64,000 nucleotides of DNA from an uncultured cyanobacterium (GCA_963803805.1 CAWDOD010000010.1:288001-352000), one strand, 5' to 3'. Numbered from the stretch's first letter, positions 19,531-30,791 are shown. Numbers and translations are program-made. Notes: a model not told the origin generated them from the letters alone.

Positions 19531-20511
19531 TCACTTATTATTTTCCTGCGGCACTCCACTAACTTTAAGAACATCCCTAAAAGTGGGACAATAAGTGGGC
19601 AAACCAAAGGTAGAAGGGTTAACAGGATTTTGATAGTTGAAGTGACGGTATTGCAAACTGAAACGGTCCCAAGCTGCCATTTGGATGTTGAATATTTTAA
19701 TGAAAATATTCGCTAACCATAGGGGTAAAGGAATACGGAAATAAATTTTCTGCCCCACATAGGCGCAAAATTGTTCTACTGCTTGATTAACAGTGATACA
19801 TTCATTACCCAATACTAATTGTTGCCCAGCAATACCCTCTTTTTCTGCTGCTTCAGGGGGATTGTCAACTAGATAATAGACAACTTTAGCGATATCTTGG
19901 GCATGGATAAAGTGAAAACTACCATCAGCTTTAAACCAACGCACTAAACTAGCCCATTTCGCTACTTCTGGTAGCCCTGAAGAAACATGGGATATGGGTT
20001 TATTTTCGTCTCCTCCTAATACCAAAGTAGGAAAGAGAGTGGTTATTTTGGGGTAAATAGCTAATTTATTTAACTGACGGAAACAATCATATTTTGTACG
20101 GATATAATCTGTTCCCAATTGTCCTGCTTGGGGTAGTAAATTGTTACTACGGTCTAAAATACTTGCTGTGGAAAAATAGATAACCTGCTCGCAAGTTTGA
20201 GGATCGAGCAGGCTTATTAAACGGGTGGTTTTAGCTACGTTAATATCAAAGGATTCTGCGGCTCCTCCCCAGGCTGCGGCAGTGAGGATGGCAACATTGA
20301 CTGTTTTGAGTAATTGAGCAAAACCCTCAATGTCCTGCAAGTCTCCCTGGATCACTCTCACTCCAGGTCGTGTTTCCCAGTCAAAGCCTAGCTTATCGGG
20401 GTTTCTGACAAAGAGGAGTAGTTCGTGTTCTGTGTCTTGGATTAAAGTTTCGGCGATGTAGTGACCAATGCAGCCACTAGCGCCAGTTAGCAAAATCCGC
20501 TTGGGATTCAT
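19531..20511 (-). CDS. NAD(P)-dependent epimerase/dehydratase family protein
   Basis: ILLTGASGCIG Rossmann motif and YxxxK (YIRTK); directly downstream of hemE. Confidence 0.88.
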   Translation of the reverse strand: MNPKRILLTGASGCIGHYIAETLIQDTEHELLLFVRNPDKLGFDWETRPGVRVIQGDLQDIEGFAQLLKTVNVAILTAAAWGGAAESFDINVAKTTRLISLLDPQTCEQVIYFSTASILDRSNNLLPQAGQLGTDYIRTKYDCFRQLNKLAIYPKITTLFPTLVLGGDENKPISHVSSGLPEVAKWASLVRWFKADGSFHFIHAQDIAKVVYYLVDNPPEAAEKEGIAGQQLVLGNECITVNQAVEQFCAYVGQKIYFRIPLPLWLANIFIKIFNIQMAAWDRFSLQYRHFNYQNPVNPSTFGLPTYCPTFRDVLKVSGVPQENNK

Positions 20512-20586
20512 GGGATTTTAGATTGTGGATTTTAGTAGATTTTAAACCACGCTTTGGTTAAGGTGGTCACCACCCGGATAGAAGTT

Positions 20587-21651
20587 TTAGGCGTGAACGG
20601 CTAAAAGCTGATCTGCTTGTTTCGCAGTTTCAAAGAAGAAGGCCGCGTTTTCTTCTGGAGTTCCCGGTAAGATCCCGTGACCTAAATTGAGAATATGACC
20701 TGTTGGCCCTGCTTTACGGATGGTATCAATGATGCGATCGCGGATAAATTCCTTAGAACCAAATAGTACTCCAGGATCGATGTTACCTTGAACTTTCATG
20801 TCTTTACCAAGGCGCTTTCTGGCATCGGCCATATCTACTGTCCAATCAACACTGACAATATCGGCTCCAGATTGTCCCATGCGTTCTAATACTCCCGCAC
20901 TACCGCTAATGTACATAATAAAAGGAGTGTCAGGGTGAGTTGCTTTCACTTTCCTAATTACTTGTTGATGATAGGGTAAAGCGAAGTTGTCGTAATCTTG
21001 GGGGCTTAGTTGTCCTGCCCAAGAATCAAACATTTGTACCACCTGGGCCCCACAATCAATTTGGTAGCAAACATAGTCGGCGATCGCCTCAGCTATCTTA
21101 CTCAGAAAAGAGTGCAACATGGCTGGTTGAGCAAAGGCCATGTTTTTAATCACAGCATAGTTTTTAGAGCTTTTCCCTTCAATAGCATAAGCTGCTAAAG
21201 TCCAAGGAGCGCCCACAAAACCTAAAACCGCAGCTTCATTACCAACTTCTGAGCGTAGGGTTTGTAAAATTGTTTTGATGAAGGGTAAAGATTCCTCTGG
21301 TTCTAAGGCATGGAGGTTATCAATTTGTTCTTGAGTCCGAATCGGATCAGGGATAATTGGCCCTTTGCTTTCAACAATTTCAAAGGGAATACCTAATCCT
21401 GGTAAAGGAGTGAGGATATCAGAGAACATAATCACCCCATCGGGTCTAAATGCCCGCCAAGGTTGCAAGGAAATTTCAATGGCTAGCTCCGGATTTTCCG
21501 AACGCTCTCGGAAGCTAGGATACTTTTCTCTTAAGTCTCGATAAACTTTCATATAACGCCCCGCCTGACGCATCATCCAAACAGGAGGGCGATCTAATTT
21601 TTCACCACGAGCTGCCCTGAGAAGATAGGGGATTTGGGTTGAACCCACCAT
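20587..21651 (-). CDS. hemE: Uroporphyrinogen decarboxylase
   Basis: [20 protein letters not shown] and HILNLGHGI motifs. Confidence 0.98.
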   Translation of the reverse strand: MVGSTQIPYLLRAARGEKLDRPPVWMMRQAGRYMKVYRDLREKYPSFRERSENPELAIEISLQPWRAFRPDGVIMFSDILTPLPGLGIPFEIVESKGPIIPDPIRTQEQIDNLHALEPEESLPFIKTILQTLRSEVGNEAAVLGFVGAPWTLAAYAIEGKSSKNYAVIKNMAFAQPAMLHSFLSKIAEAIADYVCYQIDCGAQVVQMFDSWAGQLSPQDYDNFALPYHQQVIRKVKATHPDTPFIMYISGSAGVLERMGQSGADIVSVDWTVDMADARKRLGKDMKVQGNIDPGVLFGSKEFIRDRIIDTIRKAGPTGHILNLGHGILPGTPEENAAFFFETAKQADQLLAVHA

Positions 21652-21796
21652 ATAAACTCCACCTTACTATACAAAATATTTTTATTGTATTTGTTAGCTT
21701 ATCATTCGGCTGTTGTTGTTGGTTATTTAAGAAATTATTAGTTGTTTATTCGGGAAAATCAGGTAACACAACTTTACAATTATCAGTTATCAATAA

Positions 21797-22708
21797 TTAA
21801 TGATCAGTGCTTTTCAAAGTTCCTTTATTTCCATCTAACTCTACTAATTGTCCTACTTGTAAAGCAGCGTTAACTCCATCGTGGCCAAAAGGAAGATTGG
21901 CTACTACGGGAATATTTAAGTCTGTTAAGCGATCACGCAACATTTGCCCTACTGTCCAACCGCTTTTTGAGCCTTCACAATCACTAAAACGACCTAAAGC
22001 TATTGCTTTAACCCCTTGAAATGCTCCCATCATTCGCCATTGAGTTAGCATCCTATCTAAGCGATAGGGGGCTTCTCCTACATCTTCAAAGGCGAGGATT
22101 GTACCAGTTAAAGGGGGTTGAAGGGGAGTTCTTAATAGGTTAGTAGCTACGGCCAAGTTGGCAGGTAAGAGGACTCCTGTAGCCTTACCACCCACCCAAC
22201 CTTCCCCGGATAAGGGAGCTAAGGGACGACCTTCTACAGCGTCAAAGAGGCGTTGCCTAGACCATTTTGGTTCCTGTGCCAAGGTGGTTAAAACGGGGCC
22301 ATGAATTGAGGAAACACCGACCGTAGCTAAACTCCACAACAAACCAGTGACATCAGAAAAACCCACCAACCATTTAGGGGTAGTCAGATTATTTTCTGGC
22401 CACCATTGCCAATCTTCCAATAACCTGGTACTACCGTATCCTCCTCTGGCACAAAGGATACCTTGAGATTCTTTTTCTTGCCAAGCTGCTGCTAAACTTT
22501 GGCGACGTTGTAGATCCGTTCCGGCTAAATAACCGTAGCAAGAATCCCAATACTGGCCAAATTCTACTCGATAACCCCGCGATCGCCAAATTTCTACTCC
22601 CTGGTTAAATGCTTCTAATTCTTTTAAAGCACCACAAGGAGCAACGACTCGCAACAAATCTCCTGGTTTGAGAGGAGGGGGAAGAGTTAAACCTTGAACA
22701 TCAAACAT
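21797..22708 (-). CDS. ldcA: LD-carboxypeptidase (peptidase S66)
   Basis: ARGGYGS, GFSDVT, LAFEDVGE and PFGH catalytic motifs. Confidence 0.92.
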   Translation of the reverse strand: MFDVQGLTLPPPLKPGDLLRVVAPCGALKELEAFNQGVEIWRSRGYRVEFGQYWDSCYGYLAGTDLQRRQSLAAAWQEKESQGILCARGGYGSTRLLEDWQWWPENNLTTPKWLVGFSDVTGLLWSLATVGVSSIHGPVLTTLAQEPKWSRQRLFDAVEGRPLAPLSGEGWVGGKATGVLLPANLAVATNLLRTPLQPPLTGTILAFEDVGEAPYRLDRMLTQWRMMGAFQGVKAIALGRFSDCEGSKSGWTVGQMLRDRLTDLNIPVVANLPFGHDGVNAALQVGQLVELDGNKGTLKSTDH

Positions 22709-22824
22709 TAAACATAGACGTATTATTGAATTGGTTAAAATAAGCTGTGAATCTTATAGGTGTAACACTTTCGCAAACTCCACTCCCCATTCCCTCACTC
22801 CCTAACCTAAATAAGTAATTTTTT

Positions 22825-23982
22825 ATGCCTGACAGCTTTATGTCAAATCCCCAAGCTCCTCAACAACAACCCCTTGCTGATCTTACTCCAGAAGAAGAAG
22901 ATTACTTTGAATATTTCTTTGATAAACCTGGAAGTGAACCAGGAACACTCCGTATTGATCCTGATGCCAAGCCTTCTTTTATTGTTTTAATTGACTACAA
23001 CCTTAACCAAGCCATTCGTAAAGTTAATCTTTCCCCTTCTGAATGTATCAACTATCGAGAAGCAACCTCAGTTTCTTGGGTTGATATTCAAGGTTTGGGT
23101 AGCGAGGATGTTTTAAAACAGCTTGGAGAAATCTTTGAGTTACATCCTTTACTTCTAGAAGATGTGGTTAATGTTCCTCAACGCCCCAAAGTAGAAGACT
23201 ACAATGAGCAGTTGATTATTATTGCTCAAATGGTCATGCCAAAATCTGATGAAGAAGGTTTTGATAGTGAACAGGTTAGTTTTATTTTAGGTAAACATTA
23301 CCTACTTACCTTTCAAGAAGAACCAGAACGTGACTGTTTCAATTATGTACGCGATCGCCTGCGTTCTGGCAAGGGTAAAGTCCGTCAATTAGGTGCTGAC
23401 TATCTTGCTTATGCTTTATTAGACTCAATTATTGATGGTTTTTTTCCGGTGTTAGAAGATTATGGCGAAAGGATTGAAGCCCTAGAAGATGAGGTGGTAC
23501 TTAACCCTAGTCGCCGTACTCTGGCCAAAATCTATGATGTGCGACGAGAATTATTAGCCTTGCGTCGAGCAATTTGGCCCCAACGCAATGCGATTAATTC
23601 CTTAATTCGCGATAGAAATCAGCTTATTAGTTCAGAAGTACAAATTTATTTTCGTGATTGTTATGACCACATCATTCAATTATTGGATATTGTCGAAACC
23701 TATAGAGAGTTGTCTTCTGGTTTAATGGATGTTTATATGTCTTCAGTTAGTAATAAAATGAATGAGGTGATGAAAGTATTGACGGTAATTTCTACTATTT
23801 TCATTCCTCTTTCGTTTTTAGCCGGAGTTTATGGTATGAACTTTAGCTATATACCAGAATTAAGTTATAAATGGAGTTATTTTATTTTTTGGGGTGTGAT
23901 CATCATCATTTCTACGAGCTTAGTTTCTTTGTTTTGGCGACAAGGTTGGTTTGAAAACTTTTATAAAATTGAAGATGATTGA
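22825..23982 (+). CDS. corA: Magnesium/cobalt transporter CorA
   Basis: LHPLLLEDVVNVPQRPKVE, NEVMKVLT and the YGMNF signature. Confidence 0.96.
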   Translation: MPDSFMSNPQAPQQQPLADLTPEEEDYFEYFFDKPGSEPGTLRIDPDAKPSFIVLIDYNLNQAIRKVNLSPSECINYREATSVSWVDIQGLGSEDVLKQLGEIFELHPLLLEDVVNVPQRPKVEDYNEQLIIIAQMVMPKSDEEGFDSEQVSFILGKHYLLTFQEEPERDCFNYVRDRLRSGKGKVRQLGADYLAYALLDSIIDGFFPVLEDYGERIEALEDEVVLNPSRRTLAKIYDVRRELLALRRAIWPQRNAINSLIRDRNQLISSEVQIYFRDCYDHIIQLLDIVETYRELSSGLMDVYMSSVSNKMNEVMKVLTVISTIFIPLSFLAGVYGMNFSYIPELSYKWSYFIFWGVIIIISTSLVSLFWRQGWFENFYKIEDD

Positions 23983-24042
23983 AATTTAGGTAATTAATAG
24001 AACTTTAGCTTTAAATTATCGCACTATTTCTGACTAAAAGTA

Positions 24043-24681
24043 ATGAATGACAGGTATTGGAATTTACTTATCGTAGTTGTTTATCTAATTTGTATTATTC
24101 TTGTTTTTTATCAAGTTGCTCAATCTTTAGATAAATATGTCGGTGTAAGGGCAGATAAAGAAGACATTGACCAGAATATCGCTAAAAAGAAGTTAGAAGA
24201 TACAATTGATCTCAAGTTTGCTCTTCCTGATATGCGGGAAATGGACAAATTTCGAGACATTGGTATTGTTATTCAAAATCTGTCTCCTACTCGTTCTTTG
24301 GCCATAAACTGGCAGCAAAGTACCTTGTCTAATCTCAAAGGGAAATCTCAACGAGTAATTAGAGAAGTACCAGGGATGAAGATTGATCTTTCCCAACCCC
24401 AAACCTTTACTACGGTGGGGCCAAGTCAAAACATTGCTGCAAAGATTACTACAGAAACAACCCTCAAACCTGGTTCAGAAGGTTCTTTGGAATTAGCTAA
24501 ACCTTTGTTTAGTCCCGAAGAATTAAAAAGCCTTCCGGAAGAAGGTGGGGAGTTTAAACTAAACTTAAGTATCCAAGTATCTGGGCCAGGAGAAAAAGCG
24601 GGAAAAGGGACTGTTTATGTTATTCCTTGCAGATTTATTGTCTCCAAAACGCCAAGGACGAAGGTGGCTTATTGGCATTAA
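24043..24681 (+). CDS. Hypothetical membrane-anchored protein
   Basis: 212 aa with a single N-terminal TM segment; follows corA on the same strand. Confidence 0.75.
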   Translation: MNDRYWNLLIVVVYLICIILVFYQVAQSLDKYVGVRADKEDIDQNIAKKKLEDTIDLKFALPDMREMDKFRDIGIVIQNLSPTRSLAINWQQSTLSNLKGKSQRVIREVPGMKIDLSQPQTFTTVGPSQNIAAKITTETTLKPGSEGSLELAKPLFSPEELKSLPEEGGEFKLNLSIQVSGPGEKAGKGTVYVIPCRFIVSKTPRTKVAYWH

Positions 24682-24703
24682 GAAGGGAGTGGGGAGTAAC
24701 AGA

Positions 24704-24742
24704 TAGCAACTAGCAACTAGCAACTAGCAACTAGCAACTAGC
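24704..24742. repeat. STRR heptamer array (TAGCAAC)5
   Basis: Five exact copies plus a partial one, overlapping the agcS stop codon. Confidence 0.9.
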
Positions 24743-26261
24743 CATTATCAATTACTTCCTGTCTTTTCAAGTTCAAAGTATAGCCCCGTAAATCTGCTGC
24801 TACTTCATTGGAAAGTAGATAGGCTCCGATTAGGTTAGGAAAAGACATGGCGAATAACATTGCGTCGCTAAAATCAAGTACTGAGGCAGGGTTGCTGACA
24901 GAGCCGACAAAGATAGCCATTAAGAATAAAATTTTATAGACAATTACGCTGCTTTCACCAAAGCGAGAACTAAATAGATAGTCCCAAGCCTTTTCTCCGT
25001 AGTAACTCCAGGAAATCATTGTGGAGAAAGCGAAGAAGAAAACCGAGATAGAAAGTAAGATGGGGAACCAGTCAATTACTGTACCAAAAGCAACGGAAGT
25101 TAATGCTGCCCCGGCACTATCTTCTACTAAAGCAGCATTGGCAGGATCGTTATAAACTCCGGTGATAATAATTACCAAAGCCGTCATGTTACAAACAACT
25201 ACTGTGTCGATAAAAGGTTCTAGTAAAGCAACTAAACCTTCTTTGATAGGCACATCAGTTTTAGCGGCGGAGTGGGCGATGGCGGCGGAACCAAGCCCTG
25301 CTTCATTAGAAAAAGTAGAACGCCTTAAACCTTGTACCATCACCCCAATAAAGCCCCCAGCTACAGCTTGTCCTGAAAAAGCCCCTTGAAAAATAGCGGC
25401 GATCGCATTAGGAAATTCACTAATATTACTAAAAATAATCCATACCGAAGCGAGGACATAAAGAATACACATAATAGGAACAATGGTTCCTGCAACTTGA
25501 CCAATGCGGCGAATACCACCAATAATGACCATTCCTACCAAACCAGCTAAGATTAAGCCGTAAAGCCAGCCCCTCCCTTCAAATAAGGGTACAACTTCAG
25601 AAACCGCCACAAAAGACTGTTTGGCTTGGAACATATTCCCGCCGCCAAAAGCCCCACCAATACAAGCAACGGCAAAAATAACTGCTAAAACTTTACCTAA
25701 CGCCCTTTGTCCTAATCTGGCTAAACCTTGGGACAAATAATACATACCGCCCCCAGAAATACTACCATCAGGTTTGACGACTCGATATTTCTGACCGAGG
25801 GTGCATTCCACAAATTTACTACTCATCCCCAACAAGCCCCCCAGAGTCATCCAAAAACTAGCCCCAGGACCCCCAACGCTAATAGCGATCGCAACTCCGG
25901 CAATGTTACCTAAACCGACGGTAGCAGACAGCGCCGCAGCAAGGGCTTGGAAATGAGAAACTTCTCCTGGTGAATTAGGATCATCGTATTTTCCCCGGAC
26001 AATATTGATGGCGTGGCCAAACATTCGCACATTAACAAATTTCATGCGAATGGTGAAGAAAATTGCTGCAACTAGCAGCCAAAGAACAATTAGAGGAAAA
26101 CCACCAATTTCAAAGAAGAGAATGGCAAAAAGGACTTCAGTTACTTGAGAAAAAACTTGATCAATACCGCTAAGAAAAGCATTCCCTGTTTCTTTCTCTT
26201 GGGCTAGTACAACAGTAGGAATCAAACAAAATAAGCTCGCTAATAGCCAGGATCGCTTCAT
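24738..26261 (-). CDS. agcS: Sodium:alanine/glycine symporter (AGCS family)
   Basis: SHFQAL..ALSATVGLGNIAGVA, FSNEAGLGSAAIAH, LLEPFIDT and SWSYYGE motifs. Confidence 0.94.
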   Translation of the reverse strand: MKRSWLLASLFCLIPTVVLAQEKETGNAFLSGIDQVFSQVTEVLFAILFFEIGGFPLIVLWLLVAAIFFTIRMKFVNVRMFGHAINIVRGKYDDPNSPGEVSHFQALAAALSATVGLGNIAGVAIAISVGGPGASFWMTLGGLLGMSSKFVECTLGQKYRVVKPDGSISGGGMYYLSQGLARLGQRALGKVLAVIFAVACIGGAFGGGNMFQAKQSFVAVSEVVPLFEGRGWLYGLILAGLVGMVIIGGIRRIGQVAGTIVPIMCILYVLASVWIIFSNISEFPNAIAAIFQGAFSGQAVAGGFIGVMVQGLRRSTFSNEAGLGSAAIAHSAAKTDVPIKEGLVALLEPFIDTVVVCNMTALVIIITGVYNDPANAALVEDSAGAALTSVAFGTVIDWFPILLSISVFFFAFSTMISWSYYGEKAWDYLFSSRFGESSVIVYKILFLMAIFVGSVSNPASVLDFSDAMLFAMSFPNLIGAYLLSNEVAADLRGYTLNLKRQEVIDNG

Positions 26262-26407
26262 AATTATCAGATTATAGGTTTAGCAATTAATTGAGTTTAA
26301 ACCAAATCAGGTTGTGTAACAGCTTATTAGGGGGAGAATACTTTTGTTTCTTAACTACCGGAAAATCTTCTAGGATTGCTTCTGATGCCAACTCCCAGCC
26401 GAAATTG

Positions 26408-26421
26408 GTATTTTTTAATAC
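26408..26421. promoter_or_regulatory. Candidate NtcA site upstream of agcS
   Basis: GTA-TTTTTTAA-TAC (GTA-N8-TAC; TGTA on the minus strand), about 150 nt upstream of agcS. No clear -10 at the canonical spacing. Confidence 0.4.
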
Positions 26422-26453
26422 AGCTTTGAGCATGAAGGATACTTTTTGTTATA

Positions 26454-26774
26454 TTATTTCTTGGAACTTCTAAACCTTTGAGTTGCTAGAATTTCAAACC
26501 CCTTGAACTTCTGCAAAGGCATTTCTTTAATCGCCACTATCTCGACTTCTGCTGCTGGTGATCCTTGATGGAACCACTGCACCATTTCATTAACTTGAAG
26601 AGAATCTCCCTCGACCATAGCCTCTACCTGACCATTAGTTAAGTTACGAACCCAGCCTACCAAACCCAGTGCCTGTGCCTTTTTTTGAGTTGTATAGCGA
26701 TAGCCTACCCCTTGTACTCGTCCTGAAATTAAAGCATGGAAACAAACCGTGGAGTCTAAATTTTTATTATTCAT
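26454..26774 (-). CDS. acyP: Acylphosphatase
   Basis: ISGRVQGVGYR and GWVRNL motifs; the ATG at 26774 is preferred over the TTG at 26813. Confidence 0.92.
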   Translation of the reverse strand: MNNKNLDSTVCFHALISGRVQGVGYRYTTQKKAQALGLVGWVRNLTNGQVEAMVEGDSLQVNEMVQWFHQGSPAAEVEIVAIKEMPLQKFKGFEILATQRFRSSKK

Positions 26775-26884
26775 ATATGGCAGTTTTATTTGAGATGTGA
26801 ACAAAGAATTCAATATTTGAGAGAATTGTCAATAGTCAATGATAAATGTTATAAGCTTGTTTCCTATTTCCTATTCCCTATTTA

Positions 26885-29320
26885 ATGATTAATGAAAAGT
26901 GGATTTTAGTTGCTATTTGGTTAATAGCAGTATTGCGCGATCGCCTATGGTTAGCATTAGATAAAAGTGTGCCAGCTTGGGATCAAGGCAACCATCTGAC
27001 GGGTTCACTCAATTATTTAAACGCTCTCCAAAATGCTCAATTATTTTCTTTATTTTCTTCGACTTGGTGGCAAAGTTTATGGATGCTCTCAAAAAAGTAT
27101 CCTCCCCTCACCTATATTAGTACTGCACCTTGGCAACAGATTTTCGGTAGTAGTCCTGATAATGCCTTGTTGGTTAATGTGTTTTTTAGTGGTATTTTAC
27201 TTACCTCAGTTTATCTATTAGGTAAGGAACTTTTCAACCCCCAGGCAGGGCTTTGGGGGGCAGGTATTTGTGTTTTGTTGCCAGCTTTTTATATTCTCCG
27301 TCTTAATTACTTAGTAGACTATTCCTTAGTTGCTCTGGGGATAGCTAGCTTTACTTGTTTGACAATTTGGTACAGGAAAAAAAGTTGGTATTGGGCATTA
27401 GGTTTTGGCTTTTGCTTCGGTTTAGCCATGTTAGCCAAACCAACTGTGTTAATCTTTTTTTGTTGCCCACTTTTATGGATAGGTGCAACAATTATTTGGC
27501 AAACAAAATGGGGTGCGATCGCTCAATTAATCACAGCTTTCTTCCTTAGTTTACTCATTTGTGGCCCTTGGTATCGCACCAATTGGCTTTTTGCCATTAG
27601 TAGTTATGAAAGGGGCATCGTCGGCGGGGCAATGGCAGAAGGAGATCCTCCCCTCAATACCTTAGCTGCTTGGACTCATTACTTACAAACTCTCCCTGTT
27701 GCCTTTACCTTCCCTTTGCTCATCGTTCCCATAGTTGGTTTCCTTCTCTATCTACCCCGTTGGTGGCGCAAATTCCCGCAAATAGAGACTTTGCGTTGGC
27801 TACTAATTTTTTTCCTCCCCGCCTATTTAATTAATTCAGCCATTGTTAATAAAGATACCCGCTATGTTATGGTTGCTTATCCAATTTTGGCGGTGATACT
27901 AGGTTATGGCTTAACCTTGTATCCTAAACGTTGGCGGGGAGTAGCTTGGGGGACAATGGGTTTAAGCTTTTTATTAATGTGTTTAAATCTCTTTCCTATT
28001 GGTAGTGGGGCAGGAACATATATAGCCCGGCTTTTCAGCCCCAATGCCCAATATCATCCTTATTTAGGTGCAACTTGGCCCCATGAGGAAGTAATTGCCG
28101 AAATTAACCGCACAACTCCCCACCTCCAAACTAACTTGGGGGTATTAATGAGTACTCCACAACTAAATAACCACAATATTAATTACTACGGGGCATTGAC
28201 AAACTTCCAAGTTTATGGGCGGGAAGTTTCAGGAAAAGAAGAATTTATTGCTACTGATGCCCGTGCCTTTGATTGGTTTATTACTAAAACTGGCGATTTA
28301 GGTAGTGTCCCTTCCTCCCAAACGCAAATGGTACAAAGGATTGAATCAGGACAAGATTTCTCCGTGGCAAAAACCTGGACTTTACCCGATGCTACCACCC
28401 TCAAACTTTACCATAAAAAGGTTCCCAACCTTGCAGTGCAACCTCTCTCCAACCAAGAAACCCAAGTTAAACTAACAAGTATAAATATTCCCTCACAAGG
28501 GCCCCCAGGTCAACCTATCCCCGTTACCTATCAATGGTCTGGTTCTGGGCAGCAATTGCAAAATGGTTTGGTATTATTAACCTGGCAGCATCGGCAAAAT
28601 GTCGGTGCAAATACTTTTTGGTTGCATGATCATGGCATCGGTTTAGGGCAGTTGTACCTCAAAGAGTTAGAGAAGAACTTTCAAGTTACTGAACGTACAG
28701 CCATGCTGCCCCCAAAACAATTAAAGCCGGGAGAATATCAACTTCAAGCTACTTACCTGAACCGTAAAACAGGAAACAGTTACCCTTTAAAAGTTCCAAA
28801 CGTCAACATCAACATTAACCCCGAAGCTACTGTTATAGCTGCCCCAGAGTTGGATTTAGTCACTCAATTGCGTAATGTTGCCCCCAACTTAAGTCAAGGT
28901 ACAACAGGCTTAGAACCAATTTTTGCCCAAACAGGTCGCATTAACCAATACGACCCCACCCAAGACTATCTAGCCCAAGCTGAGACAACTTTTGTTTATA
29001 GATTGCAGCAAGAAAAAAACCTCAACTATGCCTATGGTTTAGCCCTAGCTAGGGCTTTGCAAAGGGATGTAGCGGGAACCAAGAAAGCTTTACAACAAAT
29101 CATTATCCTAGAACCTCAAAATCCTTATCCCTATGCTTACTTAGCTTTTGTTAACCTCTACGACTTCCATCCCCACGCAGCCCAAGAAGCGATTCAACCA
29201 GCTTTGCAACAAAATCCTAATTCTGAAGAGTTTCAAGCCCTAAATGGCATTGCTGCCTTAATGCAGGGTAATATTTTCCGCGCTTGGCAAAATCTTTATC
29301 CCTTAGTCGATAATAATTAG
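26885..29320 (+). CDS. Lipid-carrier-dependent glycosyltransferase (GT39/PMT-like) with C-terminal TPR-like region
   Basis: PAWDQ..H, KYPPLTY and LAMLAKPT motifs; many TM segments. Confidence 0.82.
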   Translation: MINEKWILVAIWLIAVLRDRLWLALDKSVPAWDQGNHLTGSLNYLNALQNAQLFSLFSSTWWQSLWMLSKKYPPLTYISTAPWQQIFGSSPDNALLVNVFFSGILLTSVYLLGKELFNPQAGLWGAGICVLLPAFYILRLNYLVDYSLVALGIASFTCLTIWYRKKSWYWALGFGFCFGLAMLAKPTVLIFFCCPLLWIGATIIWQTKWGAIAQLITAFFLSLLICGPWYRTNWLFAISSYERGIVGGAMAEGDPPLNTLAAWTHYLQTLPVAFTFPLLIVPIVGFLLYLPRWWRKFPQIETLRWLLIFFLPAYLINSAIVNKDTRYVMVAYPILAVILGYGLTLYPKRWRGVAWGTMGLSFLLMCLNLFPIGSGAGTYIARLFSPNAQYHPYLGATWPHEEVIAEINRTTPHLQTNLGVLMSTPQLNNHNINYYGALTNFQVYGREVSGKEEFIATDARAFDWFITKTGDLGSVPSSQTQMVQRIESGQDFSVAKTWTLPDATTLKLYHKKVPNLAVQPLSNQETQVKLTSINIPSQGPPGQPIPVTYQWSGSGQQLQNGLVLLTWQHRQNVGANTFWLHDHGIGLGQLYLKELEKNFQVTERTAMLPPKQLKPGEYQLQATYLNRKTGNSYPLKVPNVNININPEATVIAAPELDLVTQLRNVAPNLSQGTTGLEPIFAQTGRINQYDPTQDYLAQAETTFVYRLQQEKNLNYAYGLALARALQRDVAGTKKALQQIIILEPQNPYPYAYLAFVNLYDFHPHAAQEAIQPALQQNPNSEEFQALNGIAALMQGNIFRAWQNLYPLVDNN

Positions 29321-29377
29321 CCTCCAGGATGGGAATCATAGAAAATACTCATTCAAAATTAGCAAAGGAGGACAATC

Positions 29378-29977
29378 ATGTTTAAGTATTCTTTCAAATT
29401 TCTCCTATCTCTGGGAGTGATTTTCAGCTTAGGGGCAGGTTCGGCACAAGCTTTACCCGGTGAAAAAAAATCAATGGTGGTAGCTTGGATCAATGGTAAC
29501 AGTAGTTTGCGACCTACTGTAGGAGATGGATTAACTGTACGCAGAAACAACACTGCTTTCCAAAGCTTTGAGTTTCATGCTTCTGTTATACCCCCTTTAG
29601 GAGCATATGAAGCCAACAAAAATCTAATCCGTTCCGAAAAGTTTTCCTTTTACGACAGGGTTAATGGGGTAAACCGAGACAGGCTAGAGGAAGCTTTGCG
29701 AGTAATTTACGACATCAGCCTCTACCAAGATTATCAAAACGCCCGTACCATCTACGCTTACCCTACCAGGGAAATGCAAGAAATTGCCAGACGTAAAAAC
29801 CTCCCTCTCCTCGCTGCCACGAAAGGAGAATTACGCTTAGGGGATCGCTATGCTTATTGGTTAGAGATGGTAGAAGAAATGGCTGGGGAACACAAAGGTA
29901 GAACTTTTACTGGGAAAATGACTATTTTCCTTAAAGAAGATTTGGATCTTGTGGAAACAGAACTTCGCGCCAGATGA
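29378..29977 (+). CDS. Conserved cyanobacterial exported hypothetical protein
   Basis: Signal peptide ending AQA|LPG; strong AGGAGG RBS. Confidence 0.8.
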   Translation: MFKYSFKFLLSLGVIFSLGAGSAQALPGEKKSMVVAWINGNSSLRPTVGDGLTVRRNNTAFQSFEFHASVIPPLGAYEANKNLIRSEKFSFYDRVNGVNRDRLEEALRVIYDISLYQDYQNARTIYAYPTREMQEIARRKNLPLLAATKGELRLGDRYAYWLEMVEEMAGEHKGRTFTGKMTIFLKEDLDLVETELRAR

Positions 29978-30051
29978 TCTCTTAACCTAAAATGAGGTAA
30001 CGGGATAATGAGGAGAAAACTATTACCTGTTGCCTTCTAACTTACTTTGTC

Positions 30052-30366
30052 ATGACTGGCGAACAACTGCATCAACTATTGCTCAATAAATGGGGACATT
30101 CCTATGATGTTCAACTACGGCGTACCAAAGGAAAGATTTTTTTTCAAGTAATGTGGAAATACTTAGAACAAGCCTCTTTTCCTCTTTCTGAAACAGAGTA
30201 TTTAGCCCACCTCGATACAGTCTCCGCTTATCTCAACGCTTGGGGAGGAGTATCTCAAGTACAAACCTTCATTACCAAAACTAGCGATCGCCCTCGTTTA
30301 GGTAAGGCAGTTAGTCTACCATTAGATTTGGGAGAGCGGGAGTCAGAATGGATTTTAGATAATTAG
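30052..30366 (+). CDS. DUF3067 family protein
   Basis: KWGHSYDVQLRR..QVMWKYLEQASFPL..RPRLGKAVSLPL. Confidence 0.9.
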   Translation: MTGEQLHQLLLNKWGHSYDVQLRRTKGKIFFQVMWKYLEQASFPLSETEYLAHLDTVSAYLNAWGGVSQVQTFITKTSDRPRLGKAVSLPLDLGERESEWILDN

Positions 30367-30494
30367 TGATCATACTTTGTCCATTTAAAAAAATTGCTAT
30401 CTAGTTGGGAATTTAAACACTACATTATACGTTGCTAAAACATATTGTAAACCAAAAGAAAAACAGACATTCTCCAAAATGTTCTTAGGCAGCA

Positions 30495-30791
30495 ATGCTT
30501 AAGCCTCTACTCAATTTTCCCGGAGAAGTTATGAAAGCTAACTGTTTTTCTAAGTCTATAGCTATGGCGATCGCAACTGGTTGGCTTTTATCTGGTATTG
30601 TACCTGTTAATGTTAATCCTGATTCTATTTTTAGCTCCTCAACATCTAGGTTTGAAGGGAATAGCAAAGTAAATGCAGCAATTATTATTTCTTCCCCCAG
30701 CCAGTTATTAATTAAATATCAAAAAGCTAGTAAACCGCGTTTTTCTTCCCAGATTATGATTTTCAATCAACAAAAAATTCTTTCTAGATAA
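30495..30791 (+). CDS. Possible small exported hypothetical protein
   Basis: 98-aa ORF in a gap, with a signal-like segment from the ATG at 30531; no motif. Confidence 0.3.
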   Translation: MLKPLLNFPGEVMKANCFSKSIAMAIATGWLLSGIVPVNVNPDSIFSSSTSRFEGNSKVNAAIIISSPSQLLIKYQKASKPRFSSQIMIFNQQKILSR

